Shown piece by piece: positions 15,201 through 28,048 of a DNA stretch of 64,000 nucleotides. The stretch is from Lytechinus pictus (Eukaryota): positions 24,368,001-24,432,000 of the forward strand of contig NC_087251.1 of NCBI RefSeq assembly GCF_037042905.1, in the 5' to 3' direction. The notes under the pieces are model-generated. The model saw only the letters and a list, made by a program, of their open reading frames with translations. It did not search any database and had not been told where the DNA came from. The position numbers and the translations under genes were made by a program. Numbering within the stretch: the first letter of the stretch is position 1; the number at the start of each line of letters is the position of its first letter.

Positions 15201-16214
15201 GCGGAGGACAGGAGAGAAAGAGAGAGACAGGGAGAAAGAAAGAAAGGAAAAAACAAATGCACAGAAGACAGAAAGCAAGGGAGGATCAGATATATATATA
15301 TATATATAGAGAGAGAGAGGCTTTTTAGGTAGTCAGATACAGATGAGTTTAGTAACTTTATACACCAACATCACTGGCGGATCCATGGGGGAGGGGGCAA
15401 AGCCAGCCCATGCCCCCCCCCCCCTTGTGAGGTACAATTAACATTTATAATGTAAAGTGGTTAAAACCCTTTTTTTGTTTTGTTTTTTGTTTGTCAAATT
15501 TTTCCTCAGGAAGCAACTATCATCATGTTGGTCCGAGGGAAGGGTGGGGGGGGGGGGGGTTAAATATGAATTATACAAAATGAATATAATATGTCAAAAT
15601 TGAGCTGACTCCTGAAATTAAAACGTATGGGTGAAATGGTGTTACAGCATGAAAGTGTGTGAGATAAAACTGTCAAAAACGAGTAAAACAAAAACAGGTG
15701 AGGAAATTTTGGAAACCAAGAGATAAATAGATAGGGAAAGAGAAAGAGAAAATAAAAAAGAGCTAGAGAAAGAGATGGAGGAACAGAGATTAGTAGAAAG
15801 AGTATGAATGAGAGAAAATGAAGGAGAGAGATGACGGCAGGTTATGAGAAGATGAATGAGACAAAATTAGAGGGGAGGGAACGAATATCAACTCACTGTA
15901 CAGAATAAAGAATACATCAATAATCATCATGAGGGAAGACTTATTGTCTTAGGAAAGGCTTGACCTGAATAAAAATAAATTGGAAGTCATTTCTACATCT
16001 GTCTCAATCAACCCATTCTTATTTCCATCCTATAATTTTTGGGTGCCATTTATCCCGAGGGGTTGTATTGTCACTGGAAAATTGATTGGTTGAGATGGGC
16101 CAACAGAGAAATGACCAGAATGAATGAATATATGCAGGGGGGGGGGTTAAGAAAAATGCAAATGCTCATTAAGTCAATGAGCTGCAACATGTAATTCTAC
16201 ATGTATATACATAT

Positions 16215-16246
<32 letters not shown>

Positions 16247-16249
16247 TAG

Positions 16250-16790
16250 TAAAAAGTGTTAATAAAATTCGAGCTGTGATTGGCTAGATTGGTACCACGT
16301 GACCTCCCTTCAAAAAGTTATACTGTACATATGTATAATATAACTTTCAATTTTTGGAGGGTAAAACCTGTGTCAAATTAATGGGGAGAATATCAATTGA
16401 TGACAATGCGCATTTAGCCAGTCAGTCCTATGCGTCTGCATTTACTAAGCGTATGCAATGCGTTGAATCTTGATTTTTATGGTGACGTCATCTTTTACTA
16501 ACTTGTGCAACTTTACATGACGGTACATTTTGGATGAGTACGTGTGCAACGGTACAAATGTTTGACATTCAGCCTCCCATTGCTCGCGTACAACAAGCTA
16601 AGTAGGCGTTGTACAATTTACAATAATGAATAGTAGACGGTCTATCATACAATATTACTGGACTATATGAACTCCAAATATAAAATTATCTCTTCTGCAG
16701 GTCTATTTTACCTCAGCCTTCGGTGAAATAAACCGGCATTCGGGATAATTTTATATTTGTCGTACATATAATCCAGTATACTGTACATTC
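16250..16790. mobile_element. Probable interspersed repeat ending in a long imperfect hairpin
   Basis: CpG-enriched block starting near gctgtgattggct and ending with a ~135-nt inverted repeat (16648-16785). Family not identified. Confidence 0.45.
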
Positions 16791-17248
16791 TTTTGTAAAG
16801 GCCTATTGTTCAATTTTACTTTTTTGTAGGCTCTATTTGGCCTTTTCAAAGAATTAATTTTGTTGACAGAATAGACCAAATTTTTATATGATTCACTATT
16901 TTAGGACTTTTAGGGATATATAAGATATATTTCTTTATAATTTTGTCTAAATGAAAGTATATATTATTTTGAATGAAGAATTTTTCTTTTCTTGTTTCCA
17001 TTGAATTTGATTTCAACTTCTCTAATTTAGTATCATCCAGTTCTCGATATCGCCAATATGCAAAAAGAACCCAAATATCGCTATCAGGCCATAGTTACAG
17101 TGCATTATGGAATAGTTCGGGAGCCAGGTTACTTCCGGTCTCCATAGGCCACTTGGCCTTGTAGTTATTTCTTTCTCGGCTTGATTTTAGCATCAATATC
17201 GTTTTGAGTTTTCTTTGTTTTTAACTAACCGTTACAGCATAAACAACT

Positions 17249-18437
17249 ATGGGTTGTTACTGCGAAGCTGCCACATAAACAAAAAACCCTTCAGAAATAC
17301 CCCTGGATGAGAGACGTGACGTGGGTAAAGTTTCCTAGAAAATCCACAGTGCGTGCGACTTGGAAGAGATTGCTACGGAGACAAGATAAATTTCAGTTTG
17401 TTTGTTTTCATGATGAAAATTCATAGGTTAGGATGTTAGTTTTTACTCAAATTTGAAAAGTATGGAAACCCAGATGGCTTAATAAGTGAAATTAACGGCA
17501 ATTAAAAGACTGCATACAATCATCTTATTATCTGAAAAGTCAATAACATGGTTTCAGGCCAATATGAAAGTAGATTCTTACACAAAAGACTCTTTCTGTT
17601 GACATTGCCTAACAGTCATTGGGCCCATACCAGAAATGATGCCTTACCAGTCATTTTAAGCAAATTATATTGATCACCAAAAATCTATATGGGGACGCCA
17701 AATTACTTGAGGGCAATTAAAGCGAGTTAATCGGTTGACTGTTAGAGACAATATGATTTCATGTGCTCTATTCTCGTATTGTGCCTCAGTCATAATCACT
17801 TAAGGCATTATTGATTGTAAATAAAAAATATAGCAAATGAAAATAATGTTGATAGGTAATCATGTAACACAGGTAACAATGCCAAAAGCAAATATCTCAG
17901 ACAGATAGGAATATATTTGACCTCAGAGAAATTGACATTTTAAAAATTATTCAGTTTAAATAAAATTCAACTAAAGCTATTTTTTGACTAATGGAAAATC
18001 AACTTATACTAGTTTGATTGTAATTATTTAAGATAGAAGCACATTTCTACTTAGAAATTGCATACTTGCTTATATTGTCATATTCAAGTAAAAAAGACCA
18101 CTTCTGATTATGAATTTTTAACTGGAAAACATGAAAAGCAGACTTTACTCGATGCTCTCCCTAGAAGAGAAACCTAATTATCAACACAGAGTCAATACCA
18201 TCATTAACTGACTGTGCTACATCAATCAGGTATCCATTCACTACCCATCTAGAATACAAGCCACTCTCAAGACACTGGAAGGAACCAAACACTGCTAGTA
18301 CGCCATGTTTTAAATTACAAACTGACGAGGAATGCAACTCATCATCGCGCCTTAAGAGAAACATCCTGCAAATTCCAAGCGGTCGTGCTGCTGCTGTAGC
18401 CGCGCGTCGGGCGGAACGAGAAATGGATGGCCGATGA
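17249..18437 (+). pseudogene. Decayed THAP-domain gene fragment (probably transposon-derived), two putative exons 17249-~17426 and 18165-18437
   Basis: MGCYCEAA.. then, after a frameshift, KYPWMRDVTWVKFPRKSTVRATWKRLLRRQDKFQFVCFH, fitting THAP C..C, FP, W and C..H spacing. A downstream acceptor ctccctag opens 90 codons beginning KRNLIINTESIPSL (AVPTIF-box-like). Confidence 0.5.
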
Positions 18438-19880
18438 AGTGATAAAGTGGAAAGAGTTTAAAGATTGGGTAGTAATGAGAGTGGTATTGAGCTCCATACC
18501 AGGTCTGATGACCATGAGGTTGAGATTCAAATGTATTAGCTTGGTCAAGGGAAAAGGTTTTCCAGGCAAGGAAGGTTTATATACATGCAGGAAAAGCAGG
18601 AATAAGATGATACAGATAGCTAGAAAGGGAATGATGAAGTAAGTATCAAAGAAGAAAGAATGGTTTACCAAGTTCTGATTCCAATGAATATGAGGACTTT
18701 TTGCTGTCACACTTGCAGCTTATTTTATCCAAGGAATTATTACCCAGCTTTAAAAACAGCCTTTAAGGCGTACAATTATTTCAAGAAATATGAAAATATC
18801 AAAATTCTTAAAACTTCAAAAATTGTTAACAGAAGATTTTATGGAAACAACCAAATCACTAAACCAGTCAGAAGATGTGCAACAGATGCAACAGAATAAA
18901 CATTATGCACTTTAATTGATATGCATTGTTTTGAATGTAGCCAAAGCATTTCTCTCTTTGAGACAATTTCAAATACCAGGCTAATTCGTGGGGTGACTTG
19001 TACGCCAAACCACATAAAGTCACGTCCCATTTCCAATCAAATACATGTACTCTATAAACTTTGCTAATCTTTTCTATAGGAACATCATAAACGACATACC
19101 AATGATGCAGACTCCCTGCACCGAATGTGAAATCAGTTTTGTCTTTGAATAAAGTTGAAAATCCCAAGGACAGCTATTTGTCATTCTTGTCGGTTCAACA
19201 TGTAAAATCTAATTCTCGAATGCTAGTTCTACCAATCATCGTCAGCCTTGGCTCCGTTTTAAATCATGTCTAAGTCTGAGAGGGAAAAGTGATGTTCTCA
19301 ATCAGCAATAACTTTATGAAATTGTGTCTGTTGCGCCGTGCTGCCCCTGTGGAGGCAAGGACTACGTGATGGTATACCTATTGACGTCAGCTGGGCAGAG
19401 TACTATGGTGTAACTTGCAGCCGGCTCCCCCATGCGGAAGGCAGATATCAACATGGGGTAGCTAGCTATCAATTTTCATAATAATCATATAATATGAAAC
19501 AACAAGGATGATCTACAAACTCTACAGTATCTTTCATATTTGCAATTAACTTTTTATTATACATCAAACCACAACAAGGGATGATTAAATCTACATCTGA
19601 AAAATTAATTTACAATAAATCTTGAATATGAATGCCAAGATCATCACTCGATTGATCTATTATAAATAATGTTCAGTTCACTCACCAATTTGTCTCGTGT
19701 AATGGTAATGAAGTTTCAATGGTCTTGCTTCTTGCATACAATGGGATGAAACTACATGTAATCTGAGAGAAGGAAAGAGGAGATATATCAAATTACTGAG
19801 AATAAAATTTGGAAAATTGATTCTTATACCTGATTGCGAGAGAGGTATATATGAATAATGGTCTATTACTTCTGACATTA

Positions 19881-19960
19881 ATTCCTTTCAGCAAGAAATT
19901 AATTCATTTTCCACTGCACTCGACCCAGATCTAGTAAATGGGTACTCAGCAGGAATATTG
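19881..19960 (+). mobile_element. SINE body fragment (same family as 2330-2520)
   Basis: ttcctttcagcaagaaatt...gcactcgacccagatctagtaaatgggtact matches the SINE body at 2330-2520. Confidence 0.55.
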
Positions 19961-20289
19961 TGATAACAGCAAGGCTAAAGTCATGGTTATAATGTCAACC
20001 AAAAGTGCTTGATATAACATTACTAATATAATGGATAAAATCCAATTAATGACAATTTTCATAACAAGTGAATTAATAGCCTGAAAACAAATTAGGAATA
20101 TAAAAAAAAGGAATCTCCTCCCCAAAGACCAACACTTTGCATGTCATTTGGCTTCATATGAATAAAGAATCTACTCAGATGGTTCACATTAAAACTGACA
20201 AATTTTTCTTGATACTCAGTAAAATCTCACCTTCAATCTCTCATAGGGATATGTTTCATGTTCCATTGGTACCACTGGAACCTGTAAAT

Positions 20290-20324
<35 letters not shown>

Positions 20325-21502
20325 GTGCTTTGCCTTCATGCAACTCCTGGAGGTAAGTCACAGTTTATGACCATTCAGGAATAAATAACAAGAATTCCTT
20401 CCATCTATTTCAAATGTATGTATATTACAAGAACCATTGATGATATCAACTATTACATGACATGTAATCATTGCTTTATCTATTAAATGAGGATTAAGAG
20501 ACAGAGATTGACAGAAACAGTCAAGTATGATGTGAAAGATACAAAAAGCGCAGACAAGGGGAGGAAGAAAGAAGTATAAGGTTTATATAATTCTTGAGAC
20601 ATAAATGATCATTCATCACTCAGAAATATGATGTTTCCTGTGACACTCACCTGACATGGTCCTAATGAGGAACATAAAAACTCCCTGCATCTGAGTCTGA
20701 CTTGGGAATGCACTTGCTACACATTTGCTGTTTTGCCTAGAAACGTTGAATCAGCGAGGTCATCTATCAAAACGATGTTAATCTCTAATCTGAACTCACC
20801 GGGGACCAAGATGTCTCTTTACTGAATGCCAGCAGGAAGACACAAGTCCACATTTTTCAGATGCTGTCAAGGCAGGCAGCTTAAGAACATCTCTTCTAAT
20901 ACAGTTCAAACATACTTGAATCTAGATGAGTTAATATACAACCAATAAACAGCAAAATCTATCAATTAAAAAGTTGAAATAAAAATGTATCATTCAAGTA
21001 ATTATATTTTTTTAATCAACAGATTTTTCCATCATCTTTCCCTATCCCAAATCAAATATACCAACAATATCTATTATTAAAAGAATATTGAAATTAAATT
21101 GTTCCATTTCAGAAAGAATATTATCATTAATTAACCCACTAGTATTCTCTAAATATCCCAACATACATTCAACCAAATATCACCATACATGCACATCTAA
21201 TGCAGATATGAATACCCCTTTTTCTTTCCAACTAAAAATCAAGATTTTTTTGTTCAAGCAGAATTAAAACTTTGAGAGTTCATTTAAGGTTTCAGTGCAC
21301 ATACCACAACAGCTACGGTCATTTTACAACAAAAAAGAGATAAATATGTTGATGTAAATAAGTTTAGTATTGTGATGTTTGCATCAATTGTCCAGATGAT
21401 AGTGATATAATTGACATGATATAACATGTTGAGAAGATAGGTAAAGGCTGCTTTTTGGTTTTATTTTTAGTAATTGAACAGCATCAGTTATAGGTAACTC
21501 TA

Positions 21503-21673
21503 CAGGTAACTCTACCTAAGTCGACCTTCCATAAGTCAAATAATCGCCCAAGTCAAAGCAATTTTTTTAGACCAGATTATTCAAAACACGTTATAGACCT
21601 CTTCTAAGTCAAATTTTGCCTAAGACGAACAGATTTTTCTGGTCTCAAGAGATTCGACTTTGGCAGTTATCTG
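21503..21673. mobile_element. Short TA-flanked MITE (Tc1/mariner-pogo-like)
   Basis: ta|caggtaactct...aagtcga ... tcgactt..gcagttatctg|ta; repeated aagtc(g/a)a motifs. Confidence 0.6.
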
Positions 21674-23169
21674 TATGATATAATGAATTTTATTAAAACC
21701 TACATTAGGTGCAAACTATCTACTTTGCGATCAACTTATGTTAAACAGGGAATTAGTCAGGATGATATGGTAGCTGAGAGGGAAGGTGAAGGCTACTTAC
21801 CATTCCACAGCATGGTATCAAATACGAGGACATGATTGCCAGTTAGGTGAGCTGCATCTCTCACGTGCCATAATTTATTCTTTACTTCCCATCCATGGGA
21901 CTGCTTGTCAGCTTAAATTAGGGTGAACAGAGAATCATGTCCAATTTCTATGTCCGGACAATATCTAATTTGTTTACAAGAAATTAATAACAGTAACAAG
22001 GAATTCACTTCTTGAACAATGATAGAGATTCAAGAATGCAAACATAACTGCATTTTCCAGAGCAAGTTTTTTTTTATACTAAAAACATACTTAATGAAGT
22101 TGGTTAAATGCAAATAAACAGACAGGTGCCCTCCTAAAGCAGCAGTACAATAGAAACAATTTACAGTATTACAAAACATAGTTTTGCTGTTATAAGAATT
22201 TCAATATCACTGCCTCACAGATTTTACATTATATCTTCATTTCAATCCTGACTGCATTAGACAAACATTATCAATCATGGATAATTATATCAGATAATTA
22301 AGCATTCATATGACTAAACATTCCCACCTAACCTTATTCCCATGATCAGAAAATCCCTTCGGCTACGTGAACGCCTCAGCGAACAAATCATAACTCTCAA
22401 CGCATCATCCTTGAATTGGCAATGTCAAACTCAAGGCCAATATTTAAACACCATTAGTTTTAAATCAGTAAGATAAATATCTGCTTAATGACTGAGAAAA
22501 TGCACATAACCAAAGCTAATTTCATTTTCTTTTCATCTTATTATCTATTCCAATCAAATACATCACTAGAGAGCCATTTTAAAAGACTCAATATGTACAA
22601 ATTCACACTGCTCCTTCTTTAAAATGAAAAATTACACAACAAATGTAACGTAAATTACATAAGTACAAATTTCCAAGTCCAGCCATTAGCAGAATGCTCT
22701 ATGAGAATATATTTTGAGGACATCAAATGTTTTTTCTTCAAATTATAATACTATAAGTAGTCTAACCATTTTGAAAAAAAAATTCAGATAGAATGTTTCC
22801 CAAATTACTAAATTATGAAAATAATAGTATTCAAAACAAAAACTGCTTTCAAGGCAATTAAGCAATAATGCTCTGTACAGTATTGCCAACACTATCAATC
22901 CTACAGTTAGTAGTAGTAGTAGTTACACTCGTGATAGCGACTGCCTTTGGTAAGAGAGACCAACTCTAGAGCATGAATATGTTCACAGTATTTCTATTTT
23001 GAAGAGAAAGTTAAAAAACACCTGATAAATGCCAGATTTTAGATGTAAAATGTGTCAAGAAGTTAAGCATTGCCACTTGTATGGGATTTATGTATTACCA
23101 TGTTTTGAATCTAGGATACGAGGGGAGGGGTGAACCAAATCATTGATATGATTTTTAAACCACAAATGC

Positions 23170-23405
23170 TAGACTACTATTACTAGACTAATTTTGCTGC
23201 TGCTACTAATTCTACCGCAGCTGCTGCTACTACTACTACTTCTGCAGCAACCTCTACTATGATACTACTTGTACGACTATTACTACTGCAATGGCTACTA
23301 TTACTACCACTTTCACTACTACTACTACTACTACTACTGCTACTACAATAACAACTACTAAAACTACTACCGCCACCACCATCACCACACTACAGCATTA
23401 CTACT
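23170..23405. repeat. Degenerate (ACT)n/(GCT)n trinucleotide microsatellite
   Basis: Runs of actactact, gctgctact and accaccacc. Confidence 0.9.
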
Positions 23406-26400
23406 TGAAATTGGGGAATTTTTCAAAGCAAATTCTTCATACCAACCCCCATACACACATAATAAATCAGAAGAAGTAAAAAAATATATATCTCAGTATT
23501 AACTCTTCTCTGGCCTTACCTGTGATAAGTTGCATTTGAAAGTAGATATAGAGCATTTGCTCACCCCCCCCCCCACCTCAATCGATCATCAAATATCCAA
23601 AGGGAATTTTCACCCTCCCATACATAGGCATGATTTATTCAGCTTTCTAAAATTCCCCCATTTCTCACTGAGTAACTCTGAAAACAGTGAGAGAAGAATG
23701 ATGATCGCCCCAGCCCGCCCATCATTTATCTTGTCTCGTTATCCCGTATTACGCATCTCCCTCAAATTTGCTAATGTCTAAGGTGCTCTATCACATTATT
23801 TTATTTTAAAAAAAGGCACAGGACACTTGCCTGTAGCGTACTGTCTAAAAGTGAAGAGCATTTAAATGGAATCAGCTTATATACAAGTGAATTGGGAGTT
23901 TGTTTGAAGAATTGGTTAATTCACTATTTTATCCGCCATCTGTGCATGACTGAAGCCTAAGGGAACGTGGCTGCAAACTGGATCATTAGTTCCATTCATA
24001 AGACAACCATTTAAAGGGACAGTTAACATGTGTTCCAACAAAATTTGCTTCCTACATGGTTTTAAATTTCTAAACACCTGAAGGAAATTTGCTGGATAAA
24101 ATAATTCTTTTTTTTTTAAGTAATTGTATTTGATCCCTGATAAATTAGAGGAGAACATTGGGTGTAAAATTCATGTTACAAATCAAGGATCCATTAATTT
24201 ACCATGAAGTGATGTTTTAGTTCTTATTCTATTCTCCAGTTATTGATATGTAAAGTAATCCCATACATATATCCATTTTCTCTAATCCCTTCAACATACA
24301 GACACATATGACTACACACCATAACAGAATGGCATTATACATTGTTAGAATACATTAATCATTTATTCTTAATCAAAATTCTGGTTGCAGTACATCTCAT
24401 AAATTTTGAGTCATACACAAATGAAGAGTCATTATTCATATATACAATACCCCAAAATCATATCAAATTCAACTTTGTAGTACAAAAGAAAAAGAAATAA
24501 AAACAAAATTCTACCCAGGTGAACTATTATATTCAACATGAGTGCATTGTAAAAAATACATTGCAAGAGTAGAAATGCTTCATAAGGAGAAACATGTATT
24601 TTTTTCTATATATCTTTAAATATATATAGAACTTGGACAAATATATGTGCAATGAAATAAATGTATCAGTATTTCTCATCATAGCTATGACACTCATGAC
24701 AGTATGAAAAGAAATATAACAATGTGTCTTGATTTTCTTTAACAATACTAAAATTATTATACACAACAAATGATTCAGAAAATAAGATTCCATTCAAATT
24801 AATAATCATTAATCAACACAAACACAAAAAACAACAATGATGTAAGAATTCAAGAATTTTGACCAGGGCAATGGCCCAATCAAAATCTAATAAAATGATA
24901 ATGACTTCATGAACAAATTTTTCTCAAGTACAGAGTGATAAGTGCATAAATGGGGAAATGGTCATATTAAACTAAGGTAAGAAGTGTCTTCCAGAAATCC
25001 ATTGATGCTAAAAAGAAATCATCATCTCCTTTTCAAGTATTTATGTATATAAAATTCTTCTTACATTAGAAGAACAAAAATTTCCACTTACCTTTAAATT
25101 TTTAATTGCTTTCACAAGATATTTTCTTATCTGGGTGCATGTGTATGTTCATAATCCTGCCTGAACAATACAGCATAAAAATAAATTGATATCTATTTTT
25201 TTTTATTAAATGGTCATTTACAGCATGGAATCCTTAACCAATCCATAACAGACTACAAGACTTTGAATCATTACATACATTTGAGTTGGATTTAATTAAA
25301 AGGTAGTCCAAACTCCCTAAAAATCATCATGTTGTAGAATGAAATATTCATCTTTTGCTATTGTTACTTTGTATTAATGTAAATGAGCATTCATGACAGA
25401 AAAAAACAAACAAATACAATTTTCTCATTATATTAGTTTCTCAGCCGAAACCAGACCCTGTACGATACTTGCAAACCTATTCAATTTGAGATTTGATAAA
25501 CGTTGTGATATAAATACAGAACGACAGCGAGTGAATGAGTTCATGTTACCAATCAATCGAAAGCTTCATCTTCCTTAAATATTGAGGGCAGCAAACCTAT
25601 TGGATCAAATGAGCCTTTCCTGATTCAACATAATGCTCATTTCTCAATAAAGTAAATTGCACAATATCAAAGGAGAAGTCACTGACAATACACATTAATC
25701 AGAAATGTCTAGGGCACTAGAGATTTGTTTTGTATCATTTAAGCGTTTTTCAAGTTTACATAAAGAGAAAAGCAAGAGGTTGCATGCTTCCAATTAAGTA
25801 AATAATTTGATTTTGTTACTCAATTCTTGCATTAATCCTAAATGTAATTACAAAGAGAAAAAAGAACGAACAAACAATTCTCTGAAAAGCGGGTATTCTC
25901 GTATAGTAAATTCATGTGGCTAATTGTCAATACAGTGTAAAAAAAATGGCTTAATGTAAACCCAGCATCATTCTTTCTCATCAAACATTTGAACATTACT
26001 TTTAGCACCAATATCACAAGCAAATAGGAATGGGGCATTACTGTTTATAAAGAATGCATAAAAAATGAGTTTCAACCATTCCAGTTTAACTAGATTCTTC
26101 TGTACATACTGATACTTTTAACTGCACAGATGCATTTACTAGTATCTAAAGGGGAATCTAGACATGGTAATAAAATGATTTATGTGAATTAAAACGGAAA
26201 ATAAGACAAACGAAATTGTAAGAGTTTGAAAGAAATCAGACAAGGATTAAGATATCTATGGCCATTTGAAAAAGTGAATTGCTATAAATTTCGACAAGTG
26301 GAATAGGGAAAACCCCAGTCGGCATGTCGATATAAATTTCCCTTTTTTCCGAAGCAGCATGTCCATATGGGGAGTAATAAAAATATATCATAGACAGCGG

Positions 26401-26428
26401 GTCTCTGAAGATTTGCATGGTGGTACAG

Positions 26429-28048
26429 ATAATGAAGAGGCTTTACGGTTCATCACGTGGTTAATCCTAAACAGGATGGTGGAGAGATGAAAAAAGATAA
26501 AAATTGAAGCCAAGATAGAGAAAGACGAAAGCGAGAATTAATAACGTAGAGTAGATGAGGAAGTTCTGGCAGCGATGAATAGGTGAGCAGTTGAAAAGAG
26601 TTAGATGGGTTGAGATGAGTTGTCCTGGCTGCAGCGAGTAGATGAGTGGCAACGAGTAGATGCAATGACGAGTCTGAAAAATCTGGGCAGCTTGACTCTC
26701 CATCCTCAGGAGTAGGTGAGTGCGGACGGCAGGGGTATTAGTGGCTGTTATACAGGCTTGGATGTAATCCGGTGACGTCTGAGCTGGTGGTGTGGCAGGT
26801 CTTTGGTAGTGGTGTTATTTAGCAGGAAATTCTTGGCACGAAAGTAGACTGGTGGCCATTGTGTGGGTGAAGGTTATAGCGTGGAGTTTGCATCAGCAGA
26901 GGGCATGGTAATCTTTGTGCTGAGTCCTTAGTGCTGCATTGTATGGGTGGACTGCCAGGGTGGTGCTTGGGTGGGCGAGTGTTGGTAGGATTGGTGAAGG
27001 TGCTGGCATGAGTGGAAGAATTGGCCAAAGTTTGTGATGAAAAGGCTATTGTCCCAGCTTGACAATGGCTGATTTGTCCCAGTCCTCGAGTCACTGGTAG
27101 CTTATGTATTCCTTGAGTTTAGTGTCATATTTTCCAATTTTATTGATGTAAACTTTGCCAGAGTCTTATGGATCTTGTAAATGCCAGCTTGTTTGTGGAT
27201 GGATGTACATGTATGTCCTTGTGCTAGTAAGAGTATCGAGGGACTCTTAGATGAGGATCGGTGTCTAATGAGAAATTTGCCTGAACAAGGATACGCTGTA
27301 GATGATGTGAAGTCTTGCAGAGGTAAAGATAAACTATGGTGACGGAGGGATGGTGGAGGCTTGATAGGACTATTAGGTCTGGTGATGATCTTCTTCCCTG
27401 GGTATTGGTTGATGGAGTTGAGAGTGTTGGTTACATGGTTTAGTTCCTGATGGAGATGATCCTGGTCATTTAGTTGATAGGGTCATCTAAAGAGGGTGTT
27501 CGGGATTCATTGAAAATGGAGGTATGATGATGCGAGTGGAAGTTGAGGTAGTCGTCAGTGTGAGTGGGTTTCTGGTAGACGAGATAGGGAACATGGTGTC
27601 TTCTTGATGAGAACATCTAGGAAGGGAATACATGTAGCATCGTCTTGTTCTGTTTCTCTGGTAAATTAACATGAAGGTGGTGGTCAATGATGTGATCTAG
27701 GAAGTGGTGGTGTGAGACCAGATGACAAATGTGTTGTTGCCATATTCTAGCGAGAGAGTAGCGGTCTTAAGGACTTGGTGTTTGTAGTGGCGGTAGAAGT
27801 TAGATCGCCATTGGAAAATGTTGAAGCATGCTAGAAGATTGTAGATATGGTCTTGAGTGGGATAAATTCTGGTGCTGAGGTCTGGGCTGGAGATGAGCCA
27901 TTGCTTGTAAATGCTGCAAGTTTCATTGATGAGGATGCTGGTGAAGAGCAACACATCAAACTAACTAGTGTTGGTGGGGCAATTGTGGTCTTAAAGATGG
28001 AGTTAACAAAGTGCTGTGTTAATGATTTGGTGCTTGGAAAGGGTGCAT
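26429..28048 (-). mobile_element. Second decayed Penelope-like copy, inverted relative to 28049-29820
   Basis: Its reverse complement aligns by eye along the + copy (e.g. LMQTPRYNL.P.NGHQS.FVPR in both ORF tracks; shared 3' end gaaccgtaa.(g)cct...catta). It carries internal deletions. Confidence 0.88.

Noticed and set aside
23291..23479. Thr-rich mucin-like ORF
   Set aside because: (ACT)n microsatellite.
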